Below, one piece after another: positions 57,489 through 64,000 of a stretch of 64,000 nt of DNA. Below the pieces are notes generated by a model. That model was given only the letters and a program-made list of their open reading frames with translations, did not search any database and was not told the DNA's origin. Origin of the DNA: an uncultured bacterium (GTDB lineage: Bacteria > Krumholzibacteriota > Krumholzibacteriia > JACNKJ01); NCBI GenBank assembly GCA_963695095.1, contig CAVOFT010000001.1, positions 3,200,001 through 3,264,000 of the forward strand, in the 5' to 3' direction. The translations under genes and the position numbers were made by a program. The stretch's first letter is position 1; every line of letters begins with the position of its first letter.

Positions 57489-59510
57489 TCAGCGCAGGAG
57501 CACCCAGCGCCGGGTGACCGAGGCCTGACCATCGCAGGCGCGGACCAGGTAGATCCCGGCGGGCAGCGATTCCCCCTCGGTATCCTTGCCATCGAGCTGG
57601 AAGTCCCGCATCCCCGGCGTGCCGCGACCGCGATGGAGCGTGCGCAGCCGCCGGCCCTGAATGCTGAACAAGGCAAGATCAAGCTCCCGCTCCCCCGACT
57701 GCTGTAGCGTGAAGCGGCTGCCCGCGCGACCTGGATTGGGATGGATTGCGCCCAGGAACAGCGCGAGTGCTGCCGGCGGCGCGGCACTGCTCGCCTCGGT
57801 CGTGAAGCTCGCGGGGGCCGAGAGGAAGCTATCGCCATCGCTGTCGATGAGCGCGTAGCGATACTGGTAGGTCGTGCCCGGAAGCAGTTCGCTCAGGGCG
57901 AATGCCAGGGTCATTTCGGCTGCGTCGACGTGCAGGGTATCGCTGAGTTCGCCGGTCCCGTAGGCCAGCCATCCGGCGCAGAGCTCGCTGCAATCCACGC
58001 GAAGCAGGGCATGAGAACCTCCGACCTGAAGGTCCTCCCCGCGCGGCTCCGGAGCTTCGTCGGTGGCGATAAGGGCACTCGTCACGTCCCAATCCCAAGC
58101 GGCTTGAGCCGTCCACAGATCCTGATAGCCGCCGAGGACTACGAGCAGCGGATCGCCATGTTCGCTCATCTGAATGGTGTTGGCATCGCTGCTGAGCGCA
58201 TTGGCCGCGGGCGTTACAGGCGCGCTGATCTCGTAGGCCATGGCCCCACCGCGATACTCGTTGCCATACCAACGAGATCCCCTGACCTCGCGCCCCGCTG
58301 CATCATCGTTGCAGAGCCGGGCGCAACGCCCGCGGGCAGTATCGATGCTATTCCCATGGAACTCGCAGTCCCAGCCGGCCTTGTCGAGAATCCCATTGCG
58401 CCAGGTCCCCGCAATCGAGTTGTCGCGGACGTCTGCCCCATCATTCCCCTTGATGACCAGCCCGTAGCCCCCGCCAATGATCTCGTTGTCATGCACGCTG
58501 GGCTGGAGAGTATAGCCCACGAAGAGGTCGTGCTTGGCGGTGTCCGCCACCGGTATCGGCAGGGAAACGCGGTTGTGAGCGATCTCAACGCCGCGGTACT
58601 CGATCGCGACGGGCGCTTCCGAGCCCACCATGATCCCGTACTGATTCGCCAGCGACGTTGAATAGAGCGTGTTGCCGGCTATGGTCGCGCTGGTGATCGA
58701 AAGGGCGCCCGCGGGGAAGCCAAGACCGTGCCCCGCACCGAGGAAGAGAGCATTGTCGCTCACCTGGACGCGATCCGAGTTCGCCACGAACACCGCCCAC
58801 TGCGACCCGAGGTCGAGCGGCTGCTCGGGGCAGCCGAAGTCGTTGGCGGTCAGACAGAGGTCGCCGCAGCGATTCGCGAGCAGGACCCCGGCCCCAACCA
58901 CGAAGAAGTCGCAATCCGCGATGCGCACGGCGGCGCAGTCGAGCAGGCGTACCGCTGTGGCGACGAGGGGCGCGGCCACCGTTCCGAATTCGCAGCCATC
59001 AACAATCAGACCGCCGCCGCCGGTGAAGTCCAATCCGGCGATCAAGGCGCAGACGAATCGGCAGCCGCGAAACTCCACCGAGAACGGGGCACCCCGCACC
59101 AACTGGGCGCATGAATCGGCACCGTGAACGGTGAAGCCGAAGAAGCTCGGATCCGCGGCTGTCGCAATGTCCATGACGCAGGCGCTCGGCGCTTGTGCCT
59201 GCAGGATCACCTCGCCATCGGCAATGTAGGCCAGATCCGCCAGCGGGGATTCGAGGCGAAGGTATCCAAGCCCGGCGGAATTCTCGCGATAGACGCCCGA
59301 CGCCACATGGATCTCCGCGCCGGAGGGCGCCATTTCATCGGCTCGATCCAGCGTTTGCCAAGCGGTGGCTGGCGTAAGGCCGTCGGCTGCATCATCGCCA
59401 CTGGCGCTCACGAAGCGGAGTGGCGCATCAGCTAGAGGGGTGGATGTCAGAAGACATGACAGTGCACAGGCAAGTAGATAGCCCTTGGTGCAGCAGCCAC
59501 GCCAGCCCAT
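57489..59510 (-). CDS. Secreted right-handed beta-helix protein with FN3-like and FlgD-Ig CTD
   Basis: FVSASGDDAADGLTPATAWQTL, IHVASGVYRE, repeated I..N.I..., LLPGTTYQYR, HPNP...AGIYLVR; lower GC. Confidence 0.8.
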   Translation of the reverse strand: MGWRGCCTKGYLLACALSCLLTSTPLADAPLRFVSASGDDAADGLTPATAWQTLDRADEMAPSGAEIHVASGVYRENSAGLGYLRLESPLADLAYIADGEVILQAQAPSACVMDIATAADPSFFGFTVHGADSCAQLVRGAPFSVEFRGCRFVCALIAGLDFTGGGGLIVDGCEFGTVAAPLVATAVRLLDCAAVRIADCDFFVVGAGVLLANRCGDLCLTANDFGCPEQPLDLGSQWAVFVANSDRVQVSDNALFLGAGHGLGFPAGALSITSATIAGNTLYSTSLANQYGIMVGSEAPVAIEYRGVEIAHNRVSLPIPVADTAKHDLFVGYTLQPSVHDNEIIGGGYGLVIKGNDGADVRDNSIAGTWRNGILDKAGWDCEFHGNSIDTARGRCARLCNDDAAGREVRGSRWYGNEYRGGAMAYEISAPVTPAANALSSDANTIQMSEHGDPLLVVLGGYQDLWTAQAAWDWDVTSALIATDEAPEPRGEDLQVGGSHALLRVDCSELCAGWLAYGTGELSDTLHVDAAEMTLAFALSELLPGTTYQYRYALIDSDGDSFLSAPASFTTEASSAAPPAALALFLGAIHPNPGRAGSRFTLQQSGERELDLALFSIQGRRLRTLHRGRGTPGMRDFQLDGKDTEGESLPAGIYLVRACDGQASVTRRWVLLR

Positions 59511-59631
59511 CGTTGTCCCCTTCGAGGCGCCCGGTCCGCACCCTCGTCCCAATCATACCGGACTTCAGCTCCTAAGTTAAGAGCTGTGATGTGAGGGAGC
59601 GGGGAAAAGCGACGGCTTCGCGCAAGAGTCG

Positions 59632-59899
59632 CTACCCATCGGCGGCTGCCGGATTCCGCAGCAAGATGATGACCTCGCTGCGCTCGATCGGCATCCGGTT
59701 CAGGCTCAGCGCGAGCGTCAGGCCCGCCTGCTTCGCCCAGCGGCGCAGCGCACGAAAGCGGATTGCCCCGCGCATGCAGGTCTTGAAGGGGCCCACGTCG
59801 CCGATGCCGGCCGCAGCCCGCCTCGAGGACGCGCAGGGATGAGCGATCCCGCAGCTGGCCGTCGACGAACCGGCGCAGGCGATCGATGTGATCCGTCAT
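59632..59899 (-). pseudogene. Internally deleted class I SAM methyltransferase remnant
   Basis: MTDHI...LRVLEAGCG (motif I) joined out of frame to GDVGPFKT...ALRRWAKQAGL...ADG*; only about 90 codons. Confidence 0.6.
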
Positions 59900-59917
59900 C
59901 GTGATTTCCTTGGCCGC

Positions 59918-61432
59918 CTAGATCGGGAACACTCGCCGCCGGAGAGCGCCGTTCAGGTGCTCGCGCTCGCTCCGGGTGAAGACCGGCAGACGCCAGGCGA
60001 GCAGTCCGTAGATGATCACCCCCAAGGCCACGGCCATCAGCAAGCGCGGCACGCTGCTGATCCAGCCGGAGGCCAGGACCGGCCAGATGGCCAGCGCCAT
60101 GATCCCCGAGTAGGCGAAGATCCGGAAGGTGGCCGCCCAGGGAATGCGGATGGGGATCACCCGCTTCACCATCAGGTAGGTGAAGATGTAGCCCATCGCC
60201 ATCGCGCTGCCGGTGGCGATGGCCGCGCCCATGATGCCGTAGGGCGGAATGAGCACGATGTCCATGATCACGTTGTAGATGACGAAGATGCGGCTGTAGA
60301 GCGTGATCTCCGGGCGCTCGAGCACCACCAGCAAGAAGCTGCTCGTGTTGCAGAAGTAGAAGACGAACATCCCCAGGAAGAACACGCGAAAGGCCGGCAC
60401 CGAAGGCAGGAACTTGGGATCGAAGATCAGGGCCGTGATCGGTGTCGCGAGCAGGAGCGAGCCCACCAGCGTGGGGGCGAGGAAGGTCGTCACCACCTTG
60501 TTGAAGAAGGCGAAGACGCGGATGAGTTGCTGCGGATCCTGTCGCTTCGTGTACTCCCGCACGTAGACCGGCACCAGCACCGAGAGCAGGAAGCTCGTCG
60601 GCACCAGGTTCGCCAGCATGTGCACGTTTCTGGCTGCGAAGCCGTAGAGGCCGGCCGCCTCCGTGTTGTGGTAGTGGGTGATGAACCAGATGTCGATGTC
60701 GGCGAAGAAGCCGACCAGCGTGAGCGTGGTCGTGTAGCGCAGCAGGCCGTAGCGGATCATGCGCCGCCAGGGCAGGGGCTCGTCCACGCCCTCCGGCAGA
60801 TCCCGATTCAAGCCCAGCGCGCGCGTCATCATCAGGCCCAGCAGGAGCGCGTTGCTGAGGACGAGGTAGAGGATCACCGTCTCGATCGAACCGTCCTGGG
60901 GCAGGGCTAGCCAGAAAAGCGCGAACTTCAGGGCCTGAAAGCCGGCCAGGGCGAGGTTGCGGAACTTCTGGCTGCGGTGGGCGGTGAGCATTTCCTCGTA
61001 GATGAATGCCTCGAACTTGAACAGCATGAAGAGGAAGAAGTAGGGCAGGAGCCCTGGAAACTCGGGCGCATTGAGCCAGACGGCGAGCGGGTCCTGGAAG
61101 CCCCAGCAGACGGCGGCGATGATGAGGCTGGCCACCAGGTGGACCAGGGGGGCGATGCGCTTGAGCGTGATTGCGCCCTGCCGGTTGCCGCGGGCGATCA
61201 GCTCGGGCAGGTAGCGCTGGATGATGGCCTGTGCCCCCAGCGAGAAGAGCAGGGTGCCCATGGCATAGGTTGACAGCATCACCGAGTAGAGGCCGTAGTT
61301 GGCCAGGCTGAGCTTGCGCACGAGCACCAGGTTGATCAGCAGCGAGAAGCCCTGCGTCGCGTAGGAGCCGAAGGCGACGTAGAAGGAGTCGCCGAGCAGG
61401 GAGCGCAGCTTGCCGCCGGTGGCTTCGCCCAT
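59918..61432 (-). CDS. Oligosaccharide flippase (Wzx/MOP family)
   Basis: Many TM segments, LSLANYGLYS, AAGLYGFA, LIPPYGIMGAAIAT. Confidence 0.9.
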   Translation of the reverse strand: MGEATGGKLRSLLGDSFYVAFGSYATQGFSLLINLVLVRKLSLANYGLYSVMLSTYAMGTLLFSLGAQAIIQRYLPELIARGNRQGAITLKRIAPLVHLVASLIIAAVCWGFQDPLAVWLNAPEFPGLLPYFFLFMLFKFEAFIYEEMLTAHRSQKFRNLALAGFQALKFALFWLALPQDGSIETVILYLVLSNALLLGLMMTRALGLNRDLPEGVDEPLPWRRMIRYGLLRYTTTLTLVGFFADIDIWFITHYHNTEAAGLYGFAARNVHMLANLVPTSFLLSVLVPVYVREYTKRQDPQQLIRVFAFFNKVVTTFLAPTLVGSLLLATPITALIFDPKFLPSVPAFRVFFLGMFVFYFCNTSSFLLVVLERPEITLYSRIFVIYNVIMDIVLIPPYGIMGAAIATGSAMAMGYIFTYLMVKRVIPIRIPWAATFRIFAYSGIMALAIWPVLASGWISSVPRLLMAVALGVIIYGLLAWRLPVFTRSEREHLNGALRRRVFPI

Positions 61433-62179
61433 CTACCAGACCACCACCCAGCCGGCGCTCAGATCCCAGCTGCGGTCGAGGTCCAGGTCCGGCGGCGGCG
61501 CCACGGATCGCGCCTCGAGGATCAGCTCGGTGGTCTTGCCGAGCATGCGATTGAAGCCGATGGCCCAGCTCTCCGTGCGGCGGCCGTCGGCGAGGCTCTG
61601 GTAGCCGGCCAGGCTCTCCTGCCGCAACTCGGCCAGCAGCCGGCCGGCCGGGCCGACGCCCAGGTGCAGGCCGTAGCTGAAGCGCCGCCGCCGGCCGATG
61701 ACGGCCTCGTCCTCCGGGTCCACATCGCGCTCCCAGTGCTGTGTCCCCCGCCAGTAGAGGCCGCCGCGGGGACCGTCGTAGTTCACTTCGACGCCCACGC
61801 CGCGGCGGGCCTCGCCCAGGCCCGCGCCGTAGGCGCTGAGTTCCGCCCAGCCGTCCAGGGAAAAGGCCGTCTGCGCCATCAGCGTCTGGAAATAGCCGAG
61901 CGTGAGGTAGTCGAGGCCGCCCTCGTGGCGGTCAGTGCTGGACAGGCCCGTGAAGACATAGGCATGCGAACGCGCGGAGATGCCGACCGCCGCGCCGGTG
62001 ATCGCCAGCATTCCGCGCAGGTCCTCGCTGTCGGCGCCCTGGCCGTAGCGCACCAGGTAGGCCTCGGCCGCCTTCAAGCCGAGCGGGTAGACCTCGTAGG
62101 TATCGAGGGCGAGCGCCGGCCGCAGCGCCGCCAGGCAGAGCGCGCAGGCGAGCAGGGCCCGCAGCAGGATCGCAGACAC
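61433..62179 (-). CDS. Putative small outer-membrane beta-barrel protein
   Basis: Signal peptide, amphipathic strands, C-terminal WDLSAGWVVVW. Confidence 0.6.
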   Translation of the reverse strand: MSAILLRALLACALCLAALRPALALDTYEVYPLGLKAAEAYLVRYGQGADSEDLRGMLAITGAAVGISARSHAYVFTGLSSTDRHEGGLDYLTLGYFQTLMAQTAFSLDGWAELSAYGAGLGEARRGVGVEVNYDGPRGGLYWRGTQHWERDVDPEDEAVIGRRRRFSYGLHLGVGPAGRLLAELRQESLAGYQSLADGRRTESWAIGFNRMLGKTTELILEARSVAPPPDLDLDRSWDLSAGWVVVW

Positions 62180-62509
62180 GGCGACACCTTTCCCGGGGTC
62201 GGGCCCCGTCCGGTTCACGGTCGCGAGCGGGCGCAACCGGCGTCAACGCTGAGGAACTGCCCGGGAGGCCCCGAACAGCCGGATGATCCGCCCGCCGGGC
62301 CGCAGGTCCAGGCCCAGCCCCCCCACGCCGACCGCGCTCTGCCACTCAGTAGCCCCGTGCGCCGGTCCGGTCAAGGAAATCACGCGATGGGAAGCCCTTC
62401 GGCATCCGGATTGCTGTTGCCACCCCGACTGCGTAGATTGCCGCGGCCTCGCACCGCGCCCGGATCTCCCGAGGCCGTCTGGGCAATCACGAGGAATCGG
62501 GAGGCAGGC

Positions 62510-62914
62510 TTGATCCGCCGGGTGCTGCACATCCTTTTTGCCGCCGCCAGCTGGATCCTCTTCGTCGACTACTGGATCCTCGTGCTGGGCCAGCCCATGA
62601 GCAGCGGGCTGCGGGTGGCCTTGGGCTTCGTCGCCATCACCCTGGTGCTGGTGCCCCTGCTCGTTTACCTCTGGATCCTGCACAACTTGAGTCTCGCCAG
62701 GCGCTGGCGGCAGCGCCGCCAGGGCCGCCGCGACCCGGGCGAGGACTTCTTCGAGGACTTCCTCGGCCGCTCGCTCGCCGGCACCGATCTGCGCAGCTTG
62801 CAGACGGCCCGTGAGCTGACCATCGAGATCGACGGCGAGCGCAAGCGCTATCGCGCCGTCACTGATGCGCCGAAGGGCGACCAGCCCAAGCCGGGCATGG
62901 AGGAGGCGCGCTAG
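62510..62914 (+). CDS. pgaD: PgaD-like poly-GlcNAc synthesis accessory membrane protein
   Basis: TTG start with GGAGG RBS; two TMs then WILHN..RWRQRR; directly upstream of a PgaC-like gene. Confidence 0.55.
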   Translation: MIRRVLHILFAAASWILFVDYWILVLGQPMSSGLRVALGFVAITLVLVPLLVYLWILHNLSLARRWRQRRQGRRDPGEDFFEDFLGRSLAGTDLRSLQTARELTIEIDGERKRYRAVTDAPKGDQPKPGMEEAR

Positions 62915-62915
62915 C

Positions 62916-64000
62916 ATGGACCTCCTGCACCTGCTCGATATCGTCGAGCATTCGCGCATCTACTTCATCGCCCTGGTGTTCTTCGCCTGGTATCCGGTCT
63001 TCTCCTCCATCATCTGGATCGTCACCTCGCTCTTCTATGCCGGCCGCCGGGAGCGCGATCCCGAGACGGACTTCTACGAGCTGCCCGAACCACCACCCTC
63101 GGTAACGGTGCTCATCCCGGCCTTCAACGAGGCCGCGGGCCTGCCGAACACGCTGGCCGGCTGCGCCGAGATCGACTATCCCGACCTGGAGATCGTCGTC
63201 GTCGACGATGCCTCCACGGACACCACCGTGGCCGCCGTGCGCCCCTTCCTCGCCGATCCGCGCTTCCGCCTCGTGCGCAAGGTCTTCAACGAGGGCAAGG
63301 CGATGGCGATGAACGATGCCATCCCCGTGACGCGGGGAGAAATCATCATCATCATCGACGCCGACGCACGGCCCTGCCCCGAGCTGGCGCGGGTGATGGT
63401 GCCGCACTTCAAGACGCCGCGCGTGGGCGCCGTCACCGGCAACCCACGGGTGGCCAACCGCACCACCTTCCTCGCCAAGCTGCAGACCATCGAATTCACG
63501 AGCATCATCAGCCTGCAGCGGCGCTCCCAGCGCATCTTCGGCCGCATCATGACGATGAGCGGCGTGGTCGGCGCCTTCCACCGCTGGGCCCTGCTCGACG
63601 TCGGCCTCTATCGCCCGGAGATGGCCACCGAGGACATCGACCTCACCTGGCGCCTGCAGCTGCGCCACTGGGACATCCGCTACGAGCCGCGCGCCGTGGT
63701 CTGGATGAACGTGCCGCGGAGCCTGCGCGGCCTCTGGCACCAGCGCCGGCGCTGGGCGCTGGGGCTCGCCCAGGTGCTCCGCGCCCATGGCGGCCGCGCG
63801 CTGAGCTGGGAGCATCGCCGCCTTTGGCCCGTGCTTTCGGAGAGCCTGCTGTCCATGCTCTGGGCCTACGACTTCGTCATCCTCACCGCGATCTGGATTT
63901 TGAGCTATGCGATGGGCTACCCTCCCGTCGGCGCGAGCCCGATCCCGAATCTCTGGGGCATGATCATCGCCACGATCTGCCTGCTCCAGCTCGGCACGGG
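62916..64000 (+). CDS. pgaC: Poly-beta-1,6-N-acetylglucosamine synthase PgaC/IcaA-like GT2 (runs off window)
   Basis: Own translation: VLIPAFNE, VDDASTD, NEGKAMA, IDADA, GAVTGNPRVANR, TEDIDLTW, QRRRW. Confidence 0.85.
   Translation, partial: MDLLHLLDIVEHSRIYFIALVFFAWYPVFSSIIWIVTSLFYAGRRERDPETDFYELPEPPPSVTVLIPAFNEAAGLPNTLAGCAEIDYPDLEIVVVDDASTDTTVAAVRPFLADPRFRLVRKVFNEGKAMAMNDAIPVTRGEIIIIIDADARPCPELARVMVPHFKTPRVGAVTGNPRVANRTTFLAKLQTIEFTSIISLQRRSQRIFGRIMTMSGVVGAFHRWALLDVGLYRPEMATEDIDLTWRLQLRHWDIRYEPRAVVWMNVPRSLRGLWHQRRRWALGLAQVLRAHGGRALSWEHRRLWPVLSESLLSMLWAYDFVILTAIWILSYAMGYPPVGASPIPNLWGMIIATICLLQLGT

Overview
This is a 64-kb, very GC-rich, gene-dense bacterial chromosomal window. I see no rRNA, tRNA, CRISPR array, transposase or prophage. 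The gene content points to an FCB-group candidate lineage such as Krumholzibacteriota, Latescibacterota or Eisenbacteria; this is inference. Housekeeping genes include radA, mlaEFD, icd, a 5'-3' exonuclease, a Thermotoga-type RNase Z, pilD, moaA, ycaQ, pgaCD and a flippase. They are mixed with many secreted proteins. Eight end in an FlgD-Ig/T9SS-like C-terminal domain: a heparinase II/III-like protein, M28, C25 and three tandem M4/M36-like peptidases, a beta-helix protein and a small Ig protein. Four others, from three unrelated families, end in a short shared tail, T/V-A/P-T/V-E-x2-S/T-[WFL]-[SG]-x-[VI]-K-x-L-Y, which looks like a protein-sorting signal. Other highlights: (1) an 18-heme cytochrome c coupled to an outer-membrane beta-barrel, a candidate electron conduit; (2) ten REP-like hairpins, mostly about 64 nt, in two related families with conserved cores and covarying outer stems, nine of them right after stop codons in one orientation; (3) a doubly degenerate Macro-CHAT protein next to an Fe-S glycosylase-like gene. 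Several genes carry single-base frameshifts that are probably sequencing or assembly errors.
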